DNA of 50,214 bases. Source: Girardia tigrina. Its lineage: Eukaryota. Positions within the stretch are counted from its first letter, which is position 1; each line of letters starts with the position of its first letter. Positions 38,040-49,466 of the stretch are shown here, in pieces. The stretch spans positions 1-50,214 of the forward strand of contig MQRK01236650.1 of assembly GCA_001938485.1 (NCBI GenBank), written 5' to 3'. The position numbers and the translations under genes are program-made. The notes under the pieces are model-generated. The model had not been told where the DNA came from. It worked only from the letters and a program-made list of their open reading frames with translations, and searched no databases.

Positions 38040-38545
38040 CACGTTTCCAGCATCTGAAAGTTTTTCTTTGGAAACATATAAACATTTATAATTCGTAGTG
38101 TAAATCATTTTTCCACAAAACTTCTGTTTATCTTTCCTAATAAATCTCATTCCATCGGATGTAAGCGAGGACATTAAAACAGTTGCTAATTTATTTTAAA
38201 TTATTGGATATGCCTTCTAGTTTGGTACTTTTTTGGCTTTAAAATATCCGGTCTTTCTCTAATTTGCATTCCCTGACCTTCGATAAAGTCTGCTGATTTC
38301 AAAAATGTTAAATTGCACTCTTTGTAATTAACATTATATAATAAAACTGACTCTCCAGTCTGACAACTTGATTCTCTAAAGTTGCAAAATGGATGTGATT
38401 GTAATTTTCCAGTTGCATCATCAAATATTCCATCAAATGTTCTTAATTCTGTTTGATACTCTATCGAAATCATAATTTTTTGTATAATTTTTTTTCCTCC
38501 CAATTTTACAGGTTCACCTTCACAATCACCATTTACTTCAATCAA
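38040..38545 (-). pseudogene. Fragment of a class III viral fusion glycoprotein (chuvirus G / herpesvirus gB-like), frameshifted
   Basis: NGDCEG...CNFRESSCQTGESVLLY...C then, after a frameshift, MRFIRKDKQKFCGKMIYTTNYKCLYVS. The cysteine pattern and CGxxIxxTxxxxLxV motif recall chuvirus-type glycoproteins; recognised by eye only. Confidence 0.6.
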
Positions 38546-38549
38546 AAAA

Positions 38550-38814
38550 AATAGCACGGTGAAAAAGCACTGTGCTAGCACATTATAAATGTGCGGTAAA
38601 ATGTGCAATATCAATTAGCACTTTAAAAATATCGATTAGCACATCTAGGCACTGTGTAGTGATCGATTAGCACTTTTTTCTACGGTCCTTAGTGATATGG
38701 TCACGGTTGCTATGGATACGGTAAGCGTTACCATGGTTACAACTGCCTTGAACCACTGTATCCGTTGCTAATGAAAAACGTCCCTTGGTTACCGTTGCTA
38801 TGGTAACTGAGACC
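38550..38814 (-). repeat. Inverted copy of the X-box repeat family
   Basis: 38650-38814 is the reverse complement of 16607-16770 at roughly 85% identity by eye. It continues into TAGCAC/GTGCTA repeats down to ~38550. Confidence 0.9.
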
Positions 38815-39061
38815 TTGTTTAAAAATTATATTAAAAATTATATTAGTTTTAATAAATAAATAAAATTAAAAAATAACATTGTTTAAACGAATAAAATTAC
38901 ATGAATCTTAAATTGTTAAAATTAAATGTTTAAATGTAAGTGACTTGTCGTCACATCAGTAGTGGCAAATGTTAATAAAATATATCAAAAGAGGAAGGAG
39001 AAATGAGACTGAAGTCGACGAGAATGTTGTTCAGAATAATTAATGAATACGCTTCCTAAAA

Positions 39062-40358
39062 TAATATTTATTCGCAAAATATAAAGGAATCTTTGATGTC
39101 CACTTAAAGTTTTAAATCTTCATTTGTCATTCCTTATTTAAACTTCAGATGGTTTTTGGTCTTCGTATGCAATTTTGGTGAATTTTCACTCATCAACAAA
39201 GATGTTTCATTTGGTTCTGAATAATTAAGATAAAATAAAGCATTAATTTATTTATATATATATATATATATTTGTCTTATACAATTTGTTCATTTGATTT
39301 ATCTCCATTTTGTATCAGAAGGGGTATAACGTCACTGATGTCAGCAAGTGTTTATAGAATTTACATCAAGACATTAATGAATGGCCTCAAAATGTATTCT
39401 ATGGGGTTCGAAATAAAGTACAAAAATAAAATAAATATAATTAATTGGATGTTTTAAAAATTACCTACATTTATTTGCTTGTTGTGTGATAAAAATCGCT
39501 CTTTTTAGAATTCGCTTTCTCTTGGATTTAGCGGATTGAGTATCCACATCAACTGCGTATTACATCAAACTCGTGAAAGATTTATAAGCCGCATGCCCTA
39601 AAAGAAGTTTTCAAAAAGGCGTTTTATGTGTTGATTATTGGTCAACGGAAGTATGTGGAGCGAAAAAGACATTATGTTAAAAAATGATGTCCACATACGT
39701 TAGGCTTCTTGTGTTATAAAATGGTTATTTTGAAATTTTCTTTCTTTATCAAGCCGATTATTTAAAGAATGCACGACTTACCTTTCCTGGCCTACTAGCT
39801 CAAAATGATTCTTGTAAAATAATAAAAAAGTATTTCTTCGTATGGCATGTCGTTAGAAATATTAACTTACTTATATCTATTCTTCTGTCATAGTCAACAC
39901 AGAAAAAATTACTCTAGGAAAAAAGGATTAATCTCTCACATATAGATTTAACTGCAGCCTTTTAAGACATATTGAATAAAGTTTATAATCTCAAAAGATA
40001 CTGTATGATTACTTTTTGTGTCAGGTAGAGTGCTTATTGAACTTACCACGCAAAAGCATTTTTATGAGTTTTTAATCCTGAGTATTAGTGTTTTATTTTT
40101 ACGATGAATTGAAAGTGAAGAATGTTTTTATGAAAAGTAATCATACATTATCATTACTATAAAAAAGTACGATACAAACTCAGATCATTCCATTTATATA
40201 AAATAATAAAGGGTAAAGAAATAATATAAATTTTGTATATCATGGTTGAAACTCGAGAAATACTAAATAAAATACTAAGCTGCAAACATTACGAATTTTG
40301 TTTACAAAATTGAATGACCCTACTCATTATTTGAATGTCATTGAAACTAAAAAAAGTT
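39062..40358 (+). repeat. Copy 2 of the ~1.3 kb duplication, fused directly to the integrase remnant
   Basis: Matches 32639-34152. Confidence 0.93.
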
Positions 40359-40371
40359 GAAACTAAAAAAA

Positions 40372-40962
40372 ATATGAGAGAAAAGATAAAAGAAGTTGTT
40401 CAAAGTTGTATAAATTGTCAAAAGCGAAAAACACTTACTGCGAAAACAAAAGAAAGATATATTAAGCAATTTGTAGATGAACCTTTTCAGAAAATATATA
40501 TTGACTTTTGTGGCCCATTCAAGAGAAATGTTAATGGATACCAGTATATTTTGGCTATAATTGATCAATTTAACCGATTTATTAGCGTGAATGCAGTTGC
40601 TCACCAAGACGATAAATCGCTACAGAAAATATTGCTTGATAGCTGGATATATAAATATGGACCACCTAAAGAAATCATGATGATAGAGGCAAAACATTTG
40701 AATCAGAAATATTTAAAGAAACACTGAACAAGTTTAAGATAGAAGTATTTTATTCAAGCCCATATCACCACAATACCAATGGAATTATAGCACGATAATT
40801 TAGAACAATTAGAGTTGCTCTTAATATCAGAATAAAGGATGGAACGCATAAAGATTAGACGGAAGTATGGTCAGAAATAGAATTTATGATGAATAGTAGC
40901 ATTCAAGCCACGACAGGTATCTCACCAGTAGAAATAATATATGGAAAGAAATTAAGACATTA
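40372..40962 (+). pseudogene. Ty3/gypsy integrase (zinc-finger CxxC and DDE core), degenerate
   Basis: CINCQKRK, PFQKIYIDFCGPF, YILAIIDQF, WIYKYGPPKEI, SSPYHHNTNGII. Confidence 0.93.
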
Positions 40963-41899
40963 GTGATATTAGGTTCGTGATTAAAATTGGAATTCATAAT
41001 TTTGTAAACTTTATTTCTACTACAATTTTCATTATTGAAACAAATTTAGGAGGAACAAAAATTTTAATTACATAATCCAGATCTAAAAATTCTAAATATA
41101 AATAATAATATCGATGTATAAATATATATATATATATATATGTTATTCTCTCCAATTTTGTATAAATCTTATTTTGTTTCTATTTTATTATTTTTTTACA
41201 ATGTTTATAAATTTGGATCTTTATTAAAATATTTTTAAAAATTCAATTCTTAAATATATTTTTGATATTTAATCATTCGATGATAAATTATTTTTTAAAT
41301 AAAACCCGTTATTTGGTTTTAATAGAAATTGCATTCTTTTTAAAGTTTATTTTCTGTTAAGTAATATTACCTTTAGTTTTTAAAATTTATTTTACTTAAT
41401 CTTGATTAAAAAAGTATTATGAAAAGAAAATTTATAAATTCTATAACCTTATTTATTTTTATTTGAGAATAAAATTTTCATATTATGATTTAAAACATTT
41501 CAACAACTTTCTTTAAAAAATTAAATCATTAAATTTTTTTGGGTAAAAATATTTTGTCCTTTAAAAATTAAAAAAACGAATTAAAACTTTTAACGACAAT
41601 TAAATTCAATAAACATTATGATTTTAAATAGTGATACAAATATATCAAAATCTTCTTTACAATATTTTTTAACTCCAAAACTGTTATTTTAATTGTCAAT
41701 TTTTAAAACTTAATTTTTATAAAAAATGTGTCTCAATTTAATTAAAATATTATCTATAAACTTAAAAATTCTTTATTTAAAAATTTTTAGTTTTAATTAG
41801 TCGAACATTATTTTTTTTTAAAAATATAAAATATGATTTTTAATTTCAAAATATCAAAAATTTAAAAAATATCAAAAATTAAAGTTCACCAAAAGAAAC

Positions 41900-42162
41900 C
41901 CCAACAGGTGGAAAAATAAAGAAGATAAAAAAACGAAATGGGAAAAGAAGAAAAAGCTCCAGAAACGAGAAGAATTTTCAAAGTTGGAGACCAGGTATTG
42001 AAAAAGAGAGAAAATGAATCAAAAGAAGACGACCGATATATTGGCCCTTCAATGATAATAAGACGGAGACATGAAAGAAGTTACGAATTGCAACTCGACA
42101 ATGGTAAAATACTAATAAGAAATGTAGAATGGCTAAAGCCATTTAAATCGAGGGGGATGTGA
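41900..42162 (+). pseudogene. Integrase C-terminal (GPY/F-like) domain followed by the polypurine tract
   Basis: FKVGDQVL...DRYIGPSMII...SYEL...RNVEWLKPF. PPT GAGGGGGA at 42150-42157. Separated from the core by ~0.9 kb of AT-rich DNA. Confidence 0.88.
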
Positions 42163-42650
42163 GGGATAATTGTGAATGTTGTAAGTTTGTTGTTTGTATG
42201 CTGTTTAGATTTGTGACTCCTACTCAGATGGGATTGATATGTTATTTGATTAATTATTTGAATCTAATGAAATTAATTTTAAGTACTAATTAATTAAAGT
42301 TTTATAATTATGAATTTTAATAATATTTTTAGTAAACAATTTTAACTTATTAAATTTAATATATTTTAAAAATTAATGTTCATTTAATAAATTACCTAAT
42401 GCCCTTTTATCCAATAAAATTTAAGAAAATAAAAATCAATATTAAAAATTTCCCATTCATTGTTTTTTTAGATTTGAATATATAAACAAAAACTATATCA
42501 ATCCATGAAAGATGCTCTCTGAAAATTGTTGTGAAGAATCTGTTTGTGTTGTCAATAAATGTTTGCATTCAAATTGTGATGTGATTAATAATCCACATCA
42601 CCATCTATTCAGCTATCAAATTGGTATGAGACTAAAACTTTTCCTGTGCA
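42158..42650 (+). mobile_element. 3' LTR (family A); end approximate
   Basis: Begins TGTGAGG immediately after the PPT. Core TTGTGACTCCTACTCAGATGG. Confidence 0.8.
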
Positions 42651-42863
42651 AAATGAAAGAGTATACCTCTTCCTCAAAATATCAGAAACTAGAATTGAAA
42701 AAAAGAAAATTTCAAGATAATAACTTAGTACAACAGGATATGCGTAGCTTTCTATTCCGTAAGTAACACGTTTGCTTTTATTTACTGTGATTGTCAAATC
42801 AAAGTGCGATCAAATGAATAAAAAACTGTTTTTTATTTATTATTGTTGTTCTTTTAAAACTTT

Positions 42864-43429
42864 TGTGAGGAATATTTGGTGTATAATTGTTTTTTGTAGT
42901 GTTTGCATGTTTAAATGTTGTATGTTGATTTGGGATTGTGCCTCTCCTAACCAGATGGATTATCAATATTTATTTTTTTTATAATCTGAAACTAATTTAT
43001 TTAAATTTAGATTTAATATTCAAATTTTTAGTTTTTATTATTGCAACTTTTAAATAATTTTAATGATTTTATTTTTGTAAATTTTTATATAATTAAAATC
43101 AAATTAATGTTTAAAAATGTCTATAAAAATATTTTATTTAGCCAATCAAATTTAAAATAAATATTTTTAAATAAAATAATCTTATCAAGTATAGTTCAGA
43201 TTATAATGAGAGATATTGAAAATTGATTAATGGATTCTAGTGAAAGCAATACTATCGATCATCATAAAGATGATAAAATTTGTGAATGTAATAAATGTTC
43301 TGTCAAATGTGTGAGTTCTCTTAACAACTTTTATGATGTGTTTTTTAACACTAGTATTAGTAAAATGTTTGTTCAGATATTTTGCATTTGTAAATAGTGA
43401 AACTGCGCCCAACGTAGTATAAATTTCCA
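42864..43429 (+). mobile_element. LTR (family A) followed by PBS-like TGGAGACGG
   Basis: TGTGAGGAATAT start, core ATTGTGCCTCTCCTAACCAGATGG, ends ...TTTCCA, then AAA-TGG. Confidence 0.7.
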
Positions 43430-44325
43430 AAATGGAGACGGCTACTATTATTAGGACAGAAAGTTATTAATAATTTATTTTTATTTTTATTTAAATGCAC
43501 CACAAATACCTGATTCTGGCGGTATGATATGATCTAAGCAAAACATCACCAGTTATTTAAAATAGACAAAAATTATTTACGCATGTTTGGTGATTCATTT
43601 GAGTTTGGGAGGACGCGGTCTAAATTAATTATTTTGATTAAAAAAATATTTATAGAAAACAGAATTCAAAAATTATCAATATATTTTAATGTTTCTTTAT
43701 TAAATTCACTGAAAACCAATTTGACCTAAAACAGAATTAGTTTCTAACTTTTGTCTTTGGTGGAATAAAATACATATTAAACATTGATAGATGCTTGAAT
43801 ATATAAATTATAATTTAATAAAATTGCAATTTTATAGCAAAAAAAACAGTTAAATATGTTAGTAGATAGACATGTTCAATTCAAATTTTTACCACGTTTT
43901 TATTAGCTTGCTTTCTTGTCTGTTTGTCTGGAACAAATCTTGCGATTGATTTTTCGACCACTTTCAGTCATCCAATTGAGCTGAATTGCTTACGATGACA
44001 ATACAATTTGATAAAAAAAATTTGAAAAAAAATAATTTTTTCTAATTTTTTTTGCAAAAAACCACTTACGATTATCTACAAATTTATACACTGTATTAAA
44101 TAGCAATCTTTTCGTTTATTTTCATGAATGAAGTTTTATACAGGCTTGCTTCCGATGACAATACAATTTGATAAAAAAAATTCCTAAATGATAACTAAAA
44201 AATAGTTAAATAATATTATTAATAAAAAAAATTTTATAAAAACAACCACGTTTTTCAAGCATTACCAATGCACTAAAAAGAGGAAAATAATTTCTTTTCT
44301 AGACATGAGAGAAATTTTATACCTA

Positions 44326-44432
44326 ACCAAAAACGTGGGGCATAGAAATGATCGATTGTTACTAAAAATCAGTAAAGAGGAAATAGCAGTTACTAATAGC
44401 AGTAATTCAGAAATCCGCCCCACGTTTTTGGT
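44326..44432. mobile_element. 107-bp MITE with 16-bp perfect TIRs
   Basis: ACCAAAAACGTGGGGC (44326-44341) and GCCCCACGTTTTTGGT (44417-44432), with TA near both ends. Confidence 0.7.
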
Positions 44433-44825
44433 ATAAACGTATATTTTCATGTTTCGTAATTACTGAACCGTCCTTCTTGCATTGTGTTATATGCATGTGG
44501 CGCTCACCGGACACAGACAGTTATAATAAAATATGTATTCAAAAATAAAGATTTTCAACAAAATCTTAATTGTTAGGGTACCTAACCGTTTATTATTATA
44601 CGAAATCTTATACTAAATTTGTTGATATAATGAAAATAACTTATTATTAATCATTAACAAAAATAAACAAAACATGAATTTATAATATTGATTCTTATCT
44701 TTCGAACAGCAATGAAAATGAAGACAGAGGATTCAATATGTCGGGGAAGAATTTATCATAAAAGATAAAAAATAAAATAGTAAAATTAAAAAAATTAATT
44801 TTTAAAACATAACATTCTTTCGTAC

Positions 44826-45077
44826 TTGTTTCCGGACTCGATTGCGTTCGGTTTTCTATTAAATAAAATTAAAAAAAATGTTTTTCTATAAATTAATTAT
44901 TTACTCTTTTTATGTAGTTTCATATTTATTTTGACAAATCCTATGAAATAAAAAATATATAAAAATAATTAAGTGTACTTCTTTCATCGGCCAAGTTGTG
45001 ACACTTTCTGATACCAGAATTTTAGAGGCCAAAGAATGATTTAGAAAAGCAAAGATAGTTAGAATAGTTTTATTCAT
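44826..45077 (-). pseudogene. Possible second micro-exon gene for a secreted protein, apparently disrupted
   Basis: Signal-peptide-like MNKTILTIFAFLNHSLASK. GT-AG bounded 36-nt (44940-44905) and 30-nt (44855-44826) exons are open in phase 1, but the best exon 1 donor (44978) is phase 0. Confidence 0.4.
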
Positions 45078-46017
45078 TTGTAAGGAATGTATTCATTTGA
45101 GTTTTATTGTGACGAAATAAACTTTTTAAACAATAAAAATAAAATTGAAAAAATTATTTTTGACAATTTTTCAATAGTAACTTTCAGGTAAACTCCCGAA
45201 AAGATTTATTTTCTGAAGTGCAGGATCCTCCAACTTTAAGAATCAAAATGCTTTGATTAAGTACAATTTTTGAAAAAGAACTAACTGTCAATTATATGAA
45301 TTTGAACAAACTGAAAAGATTAACTAAAGGATGACCTTAACGGACAACAAGTTCTTTTAAATGTACAAAGTTGTATATAAAAGACATTCTGATGAATATT
45401 TTAAAATGGTCATTGTTGAATGTTGGTTGTTATGTTATTTTAGGATTGTTTCTTCCACCTATGTGAAAGATTGATTTAAGTTCATTTAATTCATTCGATT
45501 AAACAAAACACAAAAAATAATTTATAACAATTATCCTTTTTTGTATATTAATTTTATTTAGGTCTATTTTATATAGTTTATTTATTTATTACTATTTTTT
45601 ATTCTTCTTTATTTCTTTTAAATGTTTTAAACCGCCCTATTATTCAACAATTTAAAAATGTAAATAACAACTTTAAAATTAAATTAATATATCTTTCTCA
45701 TAAAAAAAGTATATTTCAAATATTTCTAAAATAATTTTAAATTATTTTGTAATTTAAATTTATTTCAATAAGTAGAAGTTTATAAATCGAATTACAATAT
45801 AGTTATTTAAATCAAGTTAAGAACGAAGTATAGTTACGAAGGTTTTGTGGACAATTCAAATTGTGATACCAATAAATGAATTGAAAATCATATTAGTGTT
45901 CTTAATAGACATCATAGTTGCAAAGGCCAGGTTTACATAATTAATTGTAATAAAAATTGTTTGTATATCATTTATACATATATGTTTATTTAACATTTTT
46001 ATAACATACAATTATCT

Positions 46018-46150
46018 TGTGAGGAATATTTTGTGTGTTGTGTGAAAGTTTTGTGTTGATTTGGGATTGTGACTCTCCAAATCAGATGGATGATTAATAT
46101 TGGAATTCTTATAATCTAAATTAATTTATTCAAATTTAGATTTCATATTC
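46018..46150 (+). mobile_element. Truncated LTR (family A)
   Basis: TGTGAGGAATATTT start and core GATTTGGGATTGTGACTCTCCAAATCAGATGG; close to the 42864 copy. Confidence 0.75.
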
Positions 46151-46177
46151 AAAAAAAGAAAGATAAAAGAAAAAACA

Positions 46178-46500
46178 ATGAATCAGATAACAGATCAACC
46201 ATTAGATGACATTTACATGGATTTATGTGGACCGATGCTAAACATTAGCGGGAAAAAGTATGTTCTTGGCATAATAGACAGGTTCAGTAAATATGTAAGC
46301 CCCACATAAGTAAATAATCAAGACCAGACGTCAACAGTACAGACGGTACAACAGAAGTTTATATTTCGGTTTTCAGCACCGACGTGCAGGCATGTTAACC
46401 ATGGAAAGGTATTTAAATCTCGGTTATTCGGAGATTGATTAGGGTAGCATTTTTGAGTCCATAACATCATACCGTGTTTCGCACAATATAAGACACTGTC
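46178..46500 (+). pseudogene. Second Ty3/gypsy integrase core fragment
   Basis: QPLDDIYMDLCGPM...KYVLGIIDRFSKYV...FIFRFSAP. Confidence 0.85.
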
Positions 46501-46649
46501 CTATATTAATCGAGGTAAAGAAAAAGTTAATAGGTCTTATACTGAATAGGTCTTATTATAAATAAATTATTATAAATTAATTATGATAAATATTTTATTA
46601 TAAATAAGAGTTTTATAATTATAAATAAATAATGAACTCAGAAAGTAGA

Positions 46650-47037
46650 TGAAGAAAATAAGAAAATACGTTTTCATCAATATAGATTTCATCATCTTCC
46701 ATTACATTCTCATCAATTGTTACATTTGGTGGTTCTTCATTTCGATTCTGTTTAATACAAAATTCGCGTATTTTTGATTTGTCTTAGTTCAATAAAATCA
46801 TTTATCTCTTTCCTTAAAAAATCTTTAAAAGGCTTGTTGATAGACAAATCTAATGAATGTAAGTAAGCCGTCATACCTGATGGAATCATAACCTGATCAA
46901 TTTTCCTTCCGCTTAAAAACTATTTCATCGCTAGCGCTCTATGTGTACTAGCAGAATCCCAAATAAGAAGCATTTTCTACCACACCTGAGAACTAAAGGA
47001 AAAGTGATGTCAATCCATTTTTGGATGACAACTTGGG
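46650..47037 (-). pseudogene. pogo/Tigger DDE transposase C-terminal fragment, truncated by the Polinton
   Basis: LLIWDSASTH...IPSGMTAYLHSLDLSINKPFKDFLR matches the pogo LxxD...H and IPGGxTxxLQPLDVxxNKPFK motifs. Confidence 0.9.
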
Positions 47038-47082
47038 AGTAGTAATAAATTAGCACGGATACCTCCCAACCCTGAAATATTA

Positions 47083-48324
47083 ATATTCAAAAAATCGAAT
47101 ATTTTATCGATAAAACGCATAAAATATTCAAAAAATCGAATATTTTATCGATAAAACGCATATAATATTCAAAAAATCAAATATTTTTTCGATAAAACAC
47201 TATTATTATTCAAAATCGAATATTTTATTATTAAAACGTATATAATATTTTAAAAATGTTATATTATTTATTTCAAAAAGTGGATACCAAAAAGCCATAC
47301 CGTAGTATGGCTTGTTTGATATAAAAAATGTTATATTATTTATAACAAAAATGAGTAATCGGATATTTTATCGATAAACACTATAAAAATTCAGAAAAAT
47401 CGATTTTTTTTGATTTTTCTTTTTTTGTTTTTTTTGTTTTTTTGTTTTTTTTCTTTTTGCATTTGATTTGATTTGATTTGATTTGATTTTGAGATCTCGG
47501 CCGTCTTTAGGAACCGGTTCCAAGAGCAACTGACTGTCGATTTTTCTAATATTCTGAGATTATCTAGAATCTCCCAGAATATTATATTATCAACGCGCAG
47601 CAATAGCATTAAGATAACAGGTCTNNNNNNNNNNNNNNNNNNNNNNNNNNNNNNNNNNNNNNNNNNNNNNNNNNATAAAATATTCAAAAAATCGAATATT
47701 TTATCGATAAAACGCATAAAATATTCAAAAAATCAAATATTTTATCGATAAAATACTATTAATATTCAAAAAATCGAATATTTTATCGATAAATCGCATA
47801 AAATATTCAAAAAATCGAATATTTTATCGATAAAACGCATATAATATTCAAAAAATCGAATATTTTTTCGATAAAACACTATTATTATTCAAAATCGAAT
47901 ATTTTATTATTAAAACGTATATAATATTTTAAAAATGTTATATTATTTATTTCAAAAAGTGGATACCAAAAAGCCATACCGTAGTATGGCTTGTTTGATA
48001 TAAAAAATGTTATATTATTTATAACAAAAATGAGTAATCGGATATTTTATCGATAAACACTATAAAAATNNNNNNNNNNNNNNNNNNNNNNNNNNNNNNN
48101 NNNNNNNNNNNNNNNNNNNNNNNNNNNNNNNNNNNNNNNNNNNNNNNNNNNNNNNNNNNNNNNNNNNNNNNNNNNNNNNNNNNNNNNNNNNNNNNNNNNN
48201 NNNNNTTTAGGAACCGGTTCCAAGAGCAACTGACTGTCGATTTTTCTTATATTCTGAGATTATCTAGAATCTCCCAGAATATTATATTATCAACGCGCAG
48301 CAATAGCATTAAGATAACAGGTCT
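47083..48324. repeat. ~41-bp tandem repeats in the Polinton terminal region, inside a block present twice (47083-47624 and ~47675-48324)
   Basis: Unit AATATTCAAAAAATCGAATATTTTATCGATAAAACGCATAA. The larger block duplication spans N-gaps. Confidence 0.85.
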
Positions 48325-48997
48325 GCAGCCCCATTAAATAATGTATTGAACTACTGGAGAGTTGCTCTCATTAATACCTTAGGTGCATGATATTATGTTA
48401 TAAGTTTTAATGTATCTATTTACATACCGTTTTTTATTAATTATTAAAAATAAAATTGATTGATAAAATACGAATTAATAATAAATAAAATTCACAAAAA
48501 TGTATAAAAAATAAAGTTTGAATTGAAATATAATCATATAAATTGAAATATCTAAAAAAATCAACATTAATTACTGATAAAATTAATAAGTAATATATTT
48601 TAAAAATGTATATATTTTAATTTTTTAGTGGTAATATGAATATTTTTTTTACCTTTTTGTTTGTAAATTTAATTAAATAATGTTTATGAACATTTTGTAT
48701 AAAAAACTACATAAAATATTCTTAAAATTGAAAAATTCATCGATTTTACCTATTTTGCAAAATTTTCAAGTTTTTTCTAAATTTAGAATATTTTAAATGA
48801 TTCTTATGAAGAAAAATAGAATCTATGTATATTTCTAACAAATCTTCTCCACTTTTATAAAAAATTTTTACAGACCATTTTATTTTAAAGAAAAATGGGT
48901 TTTTGTAAGTTAATCAGGGTTAATCTGTTAAATCAAATAATTTTTTAGAGGAAATTTGCGAAAAATTTTTAAAAAATGTTATAATGTTCTAATAAAA

Positions 48998-49453
48998 ATG
49001 GAAGCAAGTAAAATCGGTGAGGAAATTCGCATGGAGAAAAGAATATTTCGTGAAAATATTTTGAGAAGATATATTCATGAATTTAAGATTAATCCGCAAT
49101 TGAAGCATAAGGATTTATGTAATAAAGTTGGTGTATCAATTCATGTTTTTCGTCGAATTCGTCAAGATTTCGGTATGATGGAAAGTATGAAATCATATGA
49201 ACGAAAGTTACCAAGTATTTCAAAACGAAAACGAAAACCAGCGGAGAAAATATCTGAAAAACAAAAAATAGATGTAAATTCTCAAATGAATAATTTAACA
49301 ATTAATCAACAAAAACGCGAAAAAAGAAAAAAAGAAGTTGTTATTGGATCTGGAAAAACAATAATACAAGATAATGTTTCCGCTGTTCCATCTGATAATG
49401 AGGATGATCATAACATTGATGAAAGTAGTGCGGATGAAGAGAAAAAATTATAA
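48998..49453 (+). CDS. Polinton ORF, putative helix-turn-helix DNA-binding protein with basic NLS-like stretches and acidic tail (151 aa)
   Basis: NPQLKHKDLCNKVGVSIHVFRRIRQDFGM is HTH-like; KRKRK; AAAATG start context. Confidence 0.7.
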   Translation: MEASKIGEEIRMEKRIFRENILRRYIHEFKINPQLKHKDLCNKVGVSIHVFRRIRQDFGMMESMKSYERKLPSISKRKRKPAEKISEKQKIDVNSQMNNLTINQQKREKRKKEVVIGSGKTIIQDNVSAVPSDNEDDHNIDESSADEEKKL

Positions 49454-49466
49454 TATAATAATAAAA

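Noticed and set aside
7995-42650. One single gypsy element stretched over 34 kb
   Set aside because: The RNase H piece (17.5 kb) precedes the RT piece (26.9 kb), and the LTR types at the two ends do not clearly match, so multiple insertions are more likely.
43988-44183. 35-bp direct repeat (43988 and 44148) as an element boundary
   Set aside because: Only two copies with no other structure; likely a local duplication.
47083-47900. CRISPR-like 41-bp repeats
   Set aside because: Head-to-tail minisatellite with no spacers, inside a Polinton terminus.
47675-48324. Genuine ~600 bp tandem duplication in the Polinton TIR
   Set aside because: The copies are essentially identical and separated by N-gaps, so an assembly artefact is likely; not claimed as biology.
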